The notes under the pieces: generated by a model
Seen by the model: only the letters and a program-made list of their open reading frames with translations
The model's database searches: none
What the model was told of the DNA's origin: nothing
DNA from: Paragordius varius
Taxonomy: Eukaryota; Animalia; Nematomorpha
Assembly: GCA_964247055.1 (NCBI GenBank)
Contig: OZ176052.1
Coordinates: 4,402,001 to 4,466,000, forward strand
Direction: 5' to 3'
Length of the DNA stretch: 64,000 nucleotides
Program-made: the position numbers and the translations under genes
Part shown: piece by piece, positions 50,591 through 64,000 of the stretch
Position numbering within the stretch: the first letter of the stretch is position 1
Layout: every line of letters begins with the position of its first letter

Positions 50591-53500
50591 ACGAAACCAC
50601 GCATCAGTATTAGGATAGATGAAGTTTATATTCATTGTTTTGGGTGTGAACTAATTCGAAACAGATTTTGCCGGACGGTTTAATGTTAGACTTGACTAAA
50701 TTCATGCAACTGTGTTATTAGATTTTTCCATTATTCTGTTTTACATCCATCCGTTACTGAAACCGCCAAGAAACAGTATTAGGATAGATAGAGTGTATGT
50801 CGGTTGTTTTGGATGTGAACCAATTTGAAACAGATTTTGCCGGACAGTTTAATGTTAGACTTGGCTAAATTGATGCAACTGTGTTATTACATTTTACCAT
50901 TATTCTGTTTTACATCCATCCGTCACTGAAACCGCCAAGAAACAGTATTAGGATAGATAGAGTGTATGTCGGTTGTTTTGGATGTGAACCAATTTGAAAC
51001 AGATTTTGCCGGACAGTTTAATGTTAGACTTGGCTAAATTGATGCAACTGTGTTATTAGATTTTACCATTATTCTGTTTTACATCCATCCGTCACTGAAA
51101 CCGCCAAGAAACAGTATTAAGATAGATAGAGTGTATGTCGGTTGTTTTGGATGTGAACCAATTTGAAACAGTTTTTGCCGGACAGTTTAATGTTAGACTT
51201 GGCTAAATTGATGCAACTGTGTTATTACATTTTACCATTATTCTGTTTTACATCCATCCGTCACTGAAACCGCCAAGAAACAATATTAGGATAGATAGAG
51301 TGTATGTCGGTTGTTTTGGATGTGAACCAATTCGAAACATATTTTGCGGGACGGTTTAATGTTAGACTTGGCTAAATTGATGCAACTGTGTTATTAGATT
51401 TTTCTATTATTCTGTTTTACATCCATCCGTCACCGAAACCGCTGCGAATCAGTATCAGGATAGATAGAGTGTATGTCGGTTGTTTTGGGTGTGAACTAAT
51501 TCGAAACAGATTTTTCCGGACGGTTTAATGTTAGACTTGGCTAAATTGATGCAACTGTGTTATTAGATTTTTCCATTATTCTGTTTTACATCCATCCGTC
51601 ACCGAAACCGCCAAGAAACAGTATTAGGATAGATAGAGTGTATGTCGGTTGTTTTGGATGTGAACCAATTTGAAACAGATTTTGCCGGACAGTTTAATGT
51701 TAGACTTGGCTAAATTGATGCATCTGTTATTAGATTTTCCCATTATTCTGTTTTACATCCATCCGTCACTGAAACCGCTGCGAATCAGTATCAGGATAGA
51801 TAGAGTGTATGTCGGTTGTTTTGGATGTGAACCAATTCGAAACAGATTTTGCCGGATTGTTTAATGTTAGACTTGGCTAAATTGATGCAACTGTGTTATT
51901 AGATTTTACCATTATTCTGTTTTACATCCATCCGTCAATGAAACCGCCAAGAAACAATATTAGGATAGATAGAGTGTATGTCGGTTGTATTGGGTGTGAA
52001 CAAATCTGAAAGAGATTTTGCCGGACAGTTTAATGTTAGACTTGGCTGAATTGATGCAACTGTGTTATTAGATTTTTAAATTATTCTGTTTTACATCCAT
52101 CCGTCACCGAAACCGCTACGAATCAGTATCAGGATAGATAGAGTGTATGTCGGTTGTTTTGGATGTGAACCAATTCGAAACAGATTTTGCCGGATGGTTT
52201 AATGTTAGACGTGGCTGAATTGATGCAACTGTGTTATTAGATTTTTAAATTATTCTGTTTTACATCCATCCGTCACCGAAACCGCTACGAATCAGTATCA
52301 GGATAGATAGAGTGTATGTCGGTTGTTTTGGATGTGAACTAACTTGAAACAGATTTTGCCGGACAGTTTAATGTTAGACTTGGCTAAATTGATGCAACTG
52401 TGTTATTAGATTTTACCATTATTCTGTTTTCCATCCATCCGTCACTGAAACCGCCAAGAAACAGTATTAAGATAGATAGAGTGTATGTCGGTTGTTTTGG
52501 ATGTGAACCAATTTGAAACAGATTTTGCCGGACAGTTTAATGTTAGACTTGGCTAAATTGATGCAACTGTGTTATTACATTTTACCATTATTCTGTTTTA
52601 CATCCATCCGTCACTGAAACCGCCAAGAAACAATATTAGGATAGATAGAGTGTATGTCGGTTGTTTTGGATGTGAACCAATTCGAAACATATTTTGCGGG
52701 ACGGTTTAATGTTAGACTTGGCTAAATTGATGCAACTGTGTTATTAGATTTTTCTATTATTCTGTTTTACATCCATCCGTCACCGAAACCGCTGCGAATC
52801 AGTATCAGGATAGATAGAGTGTATGTCGGTTGTTTTGGGTGTGAACTAATTCGAAACAGATTTTTCCGGACGGTTTAATGTTAGACTTGGCTAAATTGAT
52901 GCAACTGTGTTATTAGATTTTTCCATTATTCTGTTTTACATCCATCCGTCACCGAAACCGCCAAGAAACAGTATTAGGATAGATAGAGTGTATGTCGGTT
53001 GTTTTGGATGTGAACCAATTTGAAACAGATTTTGCCGGACAGTTTAATGTTAGACTTGGCTAAATTGATGCATCTGTTATTAGATTTTCCCATTATTCTG
53101 TTTTACATCCATCCGTCACTGAAACCGCTGCGAATCAGTATCAGGATAGATAGAGTGTATGTCGGTTGTTTTGGATGTGAACCAATTCGAAACAGATTTT
53201 GCCGGATTGTTTAATGTTAGACTTGGCTAAATTGATGCAACTGTGTTATTAGATTTTACCATTATTCTGTTTTACATCCATCCGTCAATGAAACCGCCAA
53301 GAAACAATATTAGGATAGATAGAGTGTATGTCGGTTGTATTGGGTGTGAACAAATTCGAAAGAGATTTTGCCGGACAGTTTAATGTTAGACTTGGCTGAA
53401 TTGATGCAACTGTGTTATTAGATTTTTAAATTATTCTGTTTTACATCCATCCGTCACCGAAACCGCTACGAATCAGTATCAGGATAGATAGAGTGTATGT

Positions 53501-56500
53501 CGGTTGTTTTGGATGTGAACCAATTTGAAACAGATTTTGCCGGACAGTTTAATGTTAGACTTGGCTAAATTGATGCAACTGTGTTATTATATTTTACCAT
53601 TATTCTGTTTTACATCCATCCGTCACTGAAACCGCCAAGAAACAGTATTAGGATAGATAGAGTGTATGTCGGTTGTTTTGGATGTGAACCAATTTGAAAC
53701 AGATTTTGCCGGACAGTTTTATGTTAGACTTGGCTAAATTGATGCAACTGTGTTATTAGATTTTACCATTATTCTGTTTTACATCCATCCGTCACTGAAA
53801 CCGCCAAGAAACAGTATTAGGATAGATAGAGTGTATGTCGGTTGTATTGGGTGTGAACAAATTCGAAACAGATTTTGCCGGACAGTTTAATGTTAGACTT
53901 GGCTGAATTGATGCAACTGTGTTATTAGATTTTTAAATTATTCTGTTTTACATCCATCCGTCACCGAAACCGCTACGAATCAGTATCAGGATAGATAGAG
54001 TGTATGTCGGCTGTTTTGGATGTGAACTAACTTGAAACAGATTTTGCCGGACAGTTTAATGTTAGACTTGGCTAAATTGATGCAACTGTGTTATTAGATT
54101 TTACCATTATTCTGTTTTACATCCATCCGTCACCGAAACCGCTACGAATCAGTATCAGGATAGATAGAGTGTATGTCGGTTGTTTTGGGAGTGAACTAAT
54201 TCGAAACAGATTTTGCCGGACGGTTTAATGTTAGACTTGGCTAAATTGATGCAACTGTGTTATTAGATTTTAAATTATTCTGTTTTACATCCATCCGTCA
54301 CCGAAACCGCCAAGAAACAGTACTAGGATAGATAGAGTGTATGTCGGTTGTTTTGGATGTGAACCAATTTGAAACAGATTTTGCCGGACAGTTTAATGTT
54401 AGACTTGGTTGAATTGATGCAACTGTGTTATTAGATTTTTAAATTATTCTGTTTTACATCCATCCGTCACCGAAACCGCTACGAATCAGTATCAGGATAG
54501 ATAGAGTGTATGTCGGCTGTTTTGGATGTGAACTAACTTGAAACAGATTTTGCCGGACAGTTTAATGTTAGACTTGGCTAAATTGATGCAACTGTGTTAT
54601 TAGATTTTACCATTATTCTGTTTTACATCCATCCGTCACTGAAACCGCCAAGAAACAGTATTAGGTAGATAGAGTGTATGTCGGTTGTATTGGGTGTGAA
54701 CAAATAACAGATTTTGCCGGACAGTTTAATGTTAGACTTGGTTGAATTGATGCAACTGTGTTATTAGATTTTTAAATTATTCTGTTTTACATCCATCCGT
54801 CACCGAAACCGCTACGAATCAGTATCAGGATAGATAGAGTGTATGTCGGCTGTTTTGGATGTGAACTAACTTGAAACAGATTTTGCCGGACAGTTTAATG
54901 TTAGACTTGGCTAAATTGATGCAACTGTGTTATTAGATTTTACCATTATTCTGTTTTACATCCATCCGTCACCAAAACCGCTACGAATCAGTATCAGGAT
55001 AGATAGAGTGTATGTCGGTTGTTTTGGGAGTGAACTAATTCGAAACAGATTTTGCCGGACGGTTTAATGTTGGACTTGGCTAAATTGATGCAACTGTGTT
55101 ATTAGATTTTAAATTATTCTGTTTTACATCCATCCGTCACCGAAACCGCCAAGAAACAGTATTAGGATAGATATAGTGTATGTCGGTTGTTTTGGATGTG
55201 AACCAATTTAAAACAGATTTTGCCGGACAGTTTAATGTTAGACTTGGTTAAATTGATGCAACTGTGTTATTAGATTTTACCATTATTCTGTTTTACATCC
55301 ATCCGTCACTGAAACCGCCAAGAAACAGTATTAGGATAGATAGATTTTATGTCGGTTGTTTTGGATGTGATCCAATTCGAAACAGATTTTGCCGGATGGT
55401 TTAATGTTAGACGTGGCTGAATTGATGCAACTGTGTTATTAGATTTTTAAATTATTCTGTTTTACATCCATCCGTCACCGAAACCGCTACGAATCAGTAT
55501 CAGGATAGATAGAGTGTATGTCGGTTGTTTTGGATGTGAACCAACTTGAAACAGATTTTGCCGGACAGTTTAATGTTAGACTTGGCTAAATTGATGCAAC
55601 TGTGTTTTTAGATTTTACCATTATTCTGTTTTTCATCCATCCGTCACCGAAACCGCTACGAATCAGTATCAGGATAGATAGAGTGTATGTCGGTTGTTTT
55701 GGGAGTGAACTAATTCGAAACAGATTTTGCCGGACGGTTTAATGTTAGACTTGGCTAAATTGATGCAATATTAGATTTTAAATTATTCTGTTTTACATCC
55801 ATCCGTCACCGAAACCGCCAAGAAACAGTATTAGGATAGATAGAGTCTATGTCGGTTGTTTTGGATGTGAACCAATTTGAAACAGATTTTGCCGGACAGT
55901 TTAATGTTAGACTTGGCTAAATTGATGCAACTGTGTTATTAGATTTTACCATTATTCTGTTTTACATCCATCCGTCACTGAAACCGCCAAGAAACAGTAT
56001 TAGGATAGATAGATTGTATGTCGGTTGTTTTGGATGTGATCCAATTCGAAACAGATTTTGCCGGATGGTTTAATGTTAGACGTGGCTGAATTGATGCAAC
56101 TGTGTTATTAGATTTTTAAATTATTCTGTTTTACATCCATCCGTCACCGAAACCGCTACGAATCAGTATCAGGATAGATAGAGTGTATGTCGGCTGTTTT
56201 AGATGTCAACTAACTTGAAACAGATTTTGCCGGACAGTTTAATGTTAGACTTGGCTGAATTGATGCAACTGTGTTATTAGATTTTACCATTATTCTGTTT
56301 TACATCCATCCGTCACTGAAACCGCCAAGAAACAGTATTAGGATAGATAGAGTGTATGTCGGTTGTATTGGGTGTGAACAAATTCGGAACAGATTTTGCC
56401 GGACAGTTTAATGTTAGACTTGGCTGAATTGATGCAACTGTGTTATTAGATTTTTAAATTATTCTGTTTTACATCCATCCGTCACCGAAACCGCTACGAA

Positions 56501-56845
56501 TCAGTATCAGGATAGATAGAGTGTATGTCGGTTGTTTTGGGTGTGAACCAATTCGAAACAGATTTTGCCGGACGGTTTAATGTTAGACTTGGCTAAATTG
56601 ATGCAACTGTGTTATTAGATTTTACCATTATTCTGTTTTACATCCATCCGTCACTGAAACCGCCAAGAAACAGTATTAGGATAGATAGAGTGTTTGTCGG
56701 TTGTTTTGGATGTGAACCAATTTGAAACAGATTTTGCCTGACGGTTTAATGTTAGACTTGGCTAAATTGAATTTACTGAAACTACCTATGCGGATTATCC
56801 TAATATTGTCTTTTACATCCACTCATCACCGAAACCCCAATGTTC
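50591..56845. repeat. 169-bp satellite array B, ~37 monomers, with an 8-monomer higher-order duplication
   Basis: Same monomer and flanks as array A. Rare variants recur at an offset of 1350 (51333/52683, 51670/53020). Confidence 0.98.
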
Positions 56846-57694
56846 AGCAACAAGATAGATTAAGATTAACGTTGATATACGAGATGAGAATTACTTGAAA
56901 GGAGGTTTTGATGAAGGCGTATAATTGATTGGCCAGTGTTCGTGCTCAATTGCATTGCAGTATTAAAACATTAAAATTTTAATTTAAATGTTAAATTTAG
57001 AAAAACATTAAATTTAAAAATGATTGTTGCTGTTCGGTTATATATGCTCCTGATATAAACAATTTGTATAATAACGATTAAATAATGTATCACAGTATAT
57101 TGATATAAAAAGGACAGAAAGAAAAAACTAAAAAGACAACCATATTTTTTATAACCTAAATTATTACCAATTTACATTTCTAATTTCCCATTTGCAACCC
57201 AAAGAGATGAGTTAAATTAACCAAAAAGGATATGGTTGTTCTTTATAAAAAATGTTTAAATTTAATGATATAAACTGTAAATTTCGTTTAACAAAGTTTT
57301 AACTTCATTACCTCTTCACTTATTTGTCCTAGACCTTCTGGAGTAGTTTTACATCCCAGAGCTCAATTTTGTTATTAACCTACAAGTTAAAATTATTTTA
57401 TAAAATTTAATTATCTAACATATTTTCATTTAGGTAAAAAGCTTATATTTCTTACAATGTGACTTCTAGAGTTCGAAATCGGAAATCCAAAACAAAATGA
57501 ACAGCTGATATTAAAATTGAAATATATTATGTTTTTACTGGTAAAATAGAGCCTGAAAGCTTTTTATAAGAATTTACATTTTCACACCATAATATACATT
57601 TATTTGTTTGTTGCATTAGTAATGTAAAATTCATGGAAAAAAATGGCAGCAAAAATTTAATATATGCAACAAAAAGATTATTTTTATATATAAC

Positions 57695-58111
57695 TAGCGT
57701 CGTACTTCTTGGTGGGGTTGGCATCTGCACCTCTAATTAATATATTATAATCTCATAATTTTGTCGAAAAATAACCATAAAAACATATTTTTGAGCGAGT
57801 CTAAGAATATAAAGGCTCCTAGCACACCAAATTTAAACCATACTTACAAAAAATAATTATTCGGTATTTATTTTTAAAAAAACATAAGCAAATATTGGGT
57901 AAAACGTGCAAAAAAACAATATTTATGTTATTGACATTGCGTTTATAAATAATAAAAATGAAGTGTATAAATTTGTCCACTTCAATGAGTGGAATATGTC
58001 CATATTTGTATTTTTTTTCTAAATTGTTTTATTGGCTTTTAAAAAAGAGGGGTGGGGGGGCGCCATAAAAGTTTTTTGCCCCGGGCGCCGCAAACGCTCA
58101 GTACGTCACTG
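57695..58111. mobile_element. Copy-B-specific GC-tipped element (hAT-like end) inside the TTAA MITE
   Basis: Right end ggggcgcc...ccccgggcgccgcaaacgctcagtacgtcactg, with a partial left match tagcgtcgtac. Absent from copy A. No TSD. Confidence 0.45.
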
Positions 58112-60892
58112 GGCTTTATACATTAAATACTTTAAAATATTCAAAATTTATATCGCTAGCGGAATGTAAAACTACCCTAAAAGGTAATGGAGTGTTAATT
58201 AAATTACGAAGTAATATAATTAATTGGAATTATTAAATTATATAATAAAATTGCTTGATAATAAGCGTTTTTATTTTGTTTCCATCGTGCCTCAAAAGTA
58301 TGAAGTACGCTTCTACAAATTTTTGCTGGATAATTTTTCCATTAAAATATGATTTTGCCATATATCATTGTTAAAAGGTTATCAAATCTGGCATTTTTGC
58401 GTTCATTAAAAATAAACAATAAAGGGTCTTATTTTCAATATACGATATGATTTAATTATAGTTTTTGTATAAACTTAAACCTACAAAACAAGTTGATTCA
58501 ATATGCTCAAATTTTGCGGCTTTATTAAATTTTTAAAGACAAATTTTTTGATGATGAATCTTTAATCAAAAATATGATATGATAGTTCAGCATCGATTAT
58601 ATAGAAAAAGCATAGCGTATAATTAAATTAAATAATTATGTTAAGCAGAACCGTTTCAAAACACTGATATCATAAACGATATTAAAAATTATTGCGCAAA
58701 AATAATAGGTTTATTAGAAAATATAAATTTCATCAAATTATTATTTGTGTATACTGTGCTATCACATATTTATTTTTTCATATTATGACTTCGGCTTCAG
58801 ACTCTGTTACCGATGTGATAAAAAGGTTTTTGAGGATATCACTGTCAAGTGGGCATGATACCGATGAGTGGCTAACTTTATATGCATTTTGGGTCATTTT
58901 ATTAGAAGAGGTATTGTAAGAAATTTTCAAAATTTCTAAGCAGGGCTTAGGACCCGAGCCTAAAATTGGAACCGATTCCAAAACGCTTTTTAAAAACTGC
59001 CGGTTCTTTACATATTATTCCGTTCTAACCGATTATTATAAAAGTGGAACCTGTTTTAAAATGGTAAAATTTCAAAACTATCCCAGTTTTGGTTATAGCA
59101 TTTTTTTCGGTTTCAAAACCGGTTTAATTGGAACGTATTCCAAAAATATTTATTTGAAAATTGTCCCGGTTCTCATCGTGGAACAACGGTTTTGGTTCCA
59201 AGTCCTAGTTTTAAGTACAAGTCTGATAATTGAAAAAAATTTTTGAAACAAAATACGTCACTAAGCAGTATAAACGTTGTTTTAAAAAGTACTAATGTGA
59301 AATTAAACACCCATCGTTCTCTTATTAATCTGCCAGATTATATTCGATTACCAATGTGGATTTTTTTATACCCATCTAATATATGACTAATATGTTTGAC
59401 TCAATAATTATCATCCATTGAGATTAAAGATTATATAAATTTGAACCGAAGTTTAGAGCATGGTGGATAACACAATTGGCTTTGCTGGCCGCATTCGAAA
59501 TATGGCCTCAATAAATAAATTAGTTTTCAAACATTTTAAAAATTAAGGATTTTGCTCGGAGGGCTGCGTGTTGAATATCCCTGGTTTAGTACAGCTTTAT
59601 CAATTAACTCAAAAATTGAAAGGAGATATTTAATTGTCAATTTAATAAAATTTCAAACTAATTTCAAACTACTTTTTGACACTTAATTAGATGCGTTATT
59701 GTTATATGATATGACTCAGATTTTATAACCATAAAATAACCAAATGATTATTAAAAAATAAAATTGTGTTTAAGTAGGATTAATATCCCGAATACATAAT
59801 TGTGATCAAACGGTTTCTTAAATTTTTCCTCCTTATTTATTTACAAAATTAATTTAACCGAAATTAAATACCGTTAAAAAAGAATAGGCATTACTTATAA
59901 TCTAATGGGCTACATTTTTCATGAATCTAGCTGAAATATTCAACTTGAGAAAACAAGAACATAGCGATATACTATTAATTGTGAATTAATGGCCTGCGTT
60001 TATATATTAGAAGATTGTTATGTTTCGTGATATTTGCAATATATCTAGAATTACCGATTTAGGATGAAATAAATATGGCAAAACAAAAATGTTGGGCTTG
60101 CAATGCTTTATAACAGGGGTGTTAACATGCGGCCCTTTGAGACTTTAGACCCGGCACGCGGAAAATTTGAAAATGTATAATTTACAAAAATATGATCACA
60201 AAACTTTATTAAAATACATATATATTGTTTGGATTTCAAGCTCTTATGTTTGTCTAATAAATTCTTTATGAATGCCCATATATATTTCAAATCCAGCCTC
60301 CTACCAGATTTATGGAAACAAAAATGCGGCTTTGAAGCCATTTGTGGTAAACATCCTTGTTTATGAATTTATTGTTAAAGAATGAAGCGTATCCATAATT
60401 ATCTATTTGTATCTACCCTTAACTAGCTTTAGCTTTTTTATAAGTATATAGTTTTTCAGCAATTTGTATTGTAAAAATCAGAAATAAATTAAAGAACAAA
60501 AAAATAAATTTTGTCCCTAACTATTCATATATTAAAGGACATATTATTGCTCGTTGAGCCAGATATTACCTTAGATGGAGATAGTGTATTTTATGCAAAT
60601 TTAAATCGGCTTTACCAAGAAACATCAACAATATCTATCAGAGAGTGCTCAATTTATTGTTTATATAAATATAGGGCAGATTCAATTTCTAATAAACTAA
60701 AATAATTAATTTACTTATTCCAACTAACTTTATAATTATAACGTATAACTAAGGTGACCAGATTTTTTGAAGGAAAAAGCGGGACAAATCTGAGGGGGGT
60801 GGTCATTGGGGGGTACAAAAAAATTTTTATACAAAACATTTATTGTAATATTTATTTATTTTTAACACAAATAGATTATAAATATAAAAAAA

Positions 60893-61716
60893 TTTGTACC
60901 TCACAGGTTGTTTGTACCTTATTCAATAAATTTACATGTGCACGAACAAAGAATGAAGTGATTGTAATTCTAGAAAAAATAATAAAGACGAAATCATCAC
61001 AAAGTGCGCTGGGTCATGCAAGAAGCGGCACAAAAAATATTTTTAACAATTTAGCGAATAATCTTAATCAAAACATTATTGGCAGATACACAACACTTTT
61101 CAAACAGCTACTGATTTGTTACCCCTGGATGTGGAAAATATAGATGTTAAAATGCTTGGATATTGCAAAACTGTTGGTTAACTCTTTTGCCAGCAATTGA
61201 AATATTTATAAAAATGTGATCTCCTAGAATCCTAATTTTTATCACAGGACAAAGGTCAAATTTCCAAGTCAAAAAAGGTTAGAAAATAATTTTATACCAT
61301 TACTTAATCGCAATATCATAAAGCATCCAGAAAAACAAGGCTCAATGAATAGCCAGAATATAAAAATGTTTTATACAAACAGAAACGATTATTTGGAAGA
61401 CAAAACGGTGCACAATGACACTTTTTAATGAAGTCTCATTATTAAATAAATATATTGAATGAAAGCTTATATTATAAACAACAGAAAAAAATACGTAGGA
61501 TAGGTTAAAATAATCATTTTTAAAAAAATTATGTTCTATACAATTTTATTTTAATTGTAGAATTTGCATTATCTTTACCTGAACCACTGCTATTGAACGC
61601 GTTTTTCCACAGTAAATTAAGTGTGGACACGGAATCAAATTTAAATGTTGAATAAAAGACCTTTTATGTGTTCAAATATAATTTGACAAATTATGAAGAC
61701 TTATACAATATTTTAG
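60893..61716 (+). pseudogene. Heavily deleted, diverged copy of the same transposase in the opposite orientation
   Basis: Collinear blocks matching the reverse complement of ~63300-61800, e.g. tttacatgtgcacgaacaaag, ataatcttaatcaaaacattattggc, gaatttgcattatctttacctg, caaatataatttgacaaatt. Confidence 0.88.
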
Positions 61717-61769
61717 GTAATTATGTTTTTTTACACAAAAACTTTAAAGAAAATATTTTATTCTTTGGT

Positions 61770-63618
61770 TTATTTTTGGTTTGAGTGAATGCGTTTAAGC
61801 AGATTGTCATCATTTTTTAAAATATTGTAGAAATCTTCACAAGAATTTGTCAAATTATATTTGACAGATAAAACGGCCTTCAAAGTTTCAACATTTAGAT
61901 TTGATTTTTCCGATGTCCACACCTGATTTACTGTGGGAAAAACGCGATCAGTAGCCGCGTTGGTTCCAGGTAAAGATAGTGCAAATTCCACAATTTTTAA
62001 AATATTATTGTATGTAATATAGTTGGCTTCAAAATGATGAAATATTTCCAACCATTTCTTTTCTAGTGTATATTTTTCTTTTGTCCATAATTTAAGTTTT
62101 TCATTATTAATATATCTTTTAACTAATGATACTTCAGAAAAAAAGATCATTTTCTGAAAGATCAATTTTTGAGAATTTTTGGGAGCAGATATAATCAAAC
62201 GATTTTTGAACATCGCACCAATTAAATTCTGATTTTAATGTTATCCAATGAAAATGATCAATTTCATTGAATTGCGTCGTCCAGTCTTCCAAATAATCTT
62301 TACAGTTTGTATAAAACATTTTTATATGATACAGGATATCTTGGCGATTTATTAAGTTTTTCTAAATTATTTATTGTATTGCGAATGGTTAATGGAATAA
62401 AATTATTTTCTAACCGTTCTTGACATTGGAATTTCAGGTTACTAACTTCATTGGCTACTTCGACTGCCGAAATTTTGTCACCTTCAATAAATTTAAGAAC
62501 ATTTTGAAATAGAGAAGCTTGATTATGTAAGAATTCTAACCATATTTTTGAAGAATCACTTTCAAAAAAATTTTTTAAAGGACATTTGTCCTGTGATAAA
62601 AAAAGATTTTAAAGGATCATACATTTTTAAAATTCTTTCGATAGCTGGCATAAAAGCTAACCAACGAGTTTTACTATATCCAAGCATTTTTTGATATTGA
62701 ACTTCTGCATTTTCACAGAATTGTTTAAGCGTTTCAACACGTACCGTGTATATATAAAAATAGGAATATATTTTAACAACTACATTTTCCACATGTAAGG
62801 GTAACAAATCTGCAGCTGTTTGAATAGCGTTGTGTATTATATGCGCTGCACACCCAACGCCAATAATGTTTTGATTAAGATTATCTGTTAATTTATGAAA
62901 AATATTTTTTGTTCCTCTCCTTGCTTTTCCACCAAAGTTCGTATTGGTGTTGTCAGCGCAATATGCGATAATTTTGTATTTTAAATTATTTTTTTCTAGA
63001 ATATGCATTATTGAAGTAAATATTATATCAGAATTTTCACCAGGTAGGGAAATTAAATCTAAAATTTTAATTTTTACTCCGGTTTCTGAATCAAAATATC
63101 TTATCAAAGTAGGAAATAATTTTGTTTCATGGTGATTTGAAGCATCAGAGTATAGGGAAAAGAAATTAATTTTTAGCAAATCTTTTTGTATTTCAGAAAA
63201 AGCATGTGCCGAAAAAACATTGCATACAATGGCTTCAGCCTTTGTACGGGCACATGTAAATTTTTTATTCAATAACGTGCAACTGTGAAGTACAATCCAT
63301 TGAACGAAATGAATAACAATGGTTTAATGCGTGAAAGGAAAACAGGCCCTCAGCAAGTGCTAAATTCTTTTCTTCCTTTCCAAAAGCGGTTTTTCGAAAA
63401 AAATCGCTCATCTTGTGAGATGATGCCGTTATAATTAAACATTTTTGATGTTTCTGTGTATCAATATGCTTTGTAATGTCATGTTTGCCGCCATGTGCCA
63501 GGGTGAATTCCCCATCGCATATAAGACATTTAACAGACGATTCATTCTTCGTTTTTTTAATGAAAGGAAAATCTTTCATTAATTCATCATTGAATTTACA
63601 GCCTCTTTTTGTGTTCAT
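61770..63618 (-). pseudogene. Frameshifted hAT transposase (BED-like zinc finger, DDE core, C-terminal dimerisation domain)
   Basis: Overlapping ORFs 63618-63265 (CLIC...HGGKHDITKH), 63272-62562 (SDASNH, CADNTNTNFGG, GCAAHIIHN, SKTRWL), 62319-62134 and 62213-61770 (LSLPGTNAATDRVF). At least 3 frameshifts. Confidence 0.9.
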
Positions 63619-63631
63619 ATTTATAAACTAT

Positions 63632-64000
63632 TATTAGTATAATAAATGTTATATTAACTTAATTTTCTGGAAAAGCGTGTAAGGTATCGATTTGTAGTAT
63701 CAATTTGTCTTTTAAGCTACCGATTTGTAGTAGTAATTTGAATTTTTTATAATGTTGGCAAGTATTAAAACTAAATTAGTATAATAAATGTTATATTACC
63801 TTAATTTCTGGAAAAAGCGTGTAAGGTACCGATTTGTAGTATTAATTTAAATTTTTTATAATGTTGGCAAGTATTAAAACTAAATATTAGTATAATAAAT
63901 GTTAATTACCTCAATTTCTCGAAAAAGCGTGTAAGGTACCGATTTGTAGTATTAATTCGAATTTTTTATAATGTTGGCAAGTATTAAAACTAAATATTAG
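63632..64000. repeat. ~110-bp tandem repeat upstream of the transposase start, at least 3 copies
   Basis: attagtataataaatgtt recurs with attag ending at 63637, 63779, 63890 and 64000. The first unit has an internal duplication. Confidence 0.9.

Larger units (their letters stand above)
42895..60749 (+). repeat. Segmental duplication copy B of ~2095-32534 (lacking A 2239-5613)
   Basis: Collinear near-identity across the eIF3e 5' part, the transposon relics, both satellite flanks and 29000-32534. The copies differ by scattered substitutions and many short indels. Confidence 0.97.
60750..64000 (-). mobile_element. hAT-Blackjack-like DNA transposon, extending beyond the window
   Basis: TIR taaggtgaccagatttt...gcgggaca starts exactly where homology to copy A stops (after cgtataac). 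A hAT transposase lies on the minus strand. Confidence 0.85.

Noticed and set aside
42895-60749. Copy B as Helitron- or transposon-mobilised cargo
   Set aside because: No TC...CTRR ends, terminal hairpin or TIR/TSD pair was found at its boundaries. An uncollapsed haplotype is considered less likely given the LINE-bridged junction, but it needs long reads to exclude.

Overview
This is AT-rich eukaryotic DNA with the standard genetic code and GT-AG spliceosomal introns. It is probably an animal, inferred from the USP4/15-type DUB and the hAT, Chapaev3 and RTE-X-like elements. Host genes: the 3' end of an unknown gene (557-1139, +), a complete 11-exon eIF3e (1814-7986, -) with a 22-nt first intron and an extended C-terminus, an orphan 716-aa coiled-coil gene (33037-37234, +), and only the 3' half of a USP4/11/15-like deubiquitinase (38604-41384, -). 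The window is organised by a segmental duplication: 42895-60749 is a slightly diverged copy of ~2095-32534. The junction is occupied by a 5'-truncated LINE and places a shortened eIF3e 5' part directly upstream of the headless USP exons on the same strand. Each copy carries a 169-bp satellite array (~92 and ~37 monomers) whose monomer is an imperfect palindrome, and the two arrays have different higher-order repeats. Copy B ends at a hAT-Blackjack-like element that contains a deleted, inverted copy of its own transposase. All coordinates, alignments and folds were derived by eye; no database search was run.
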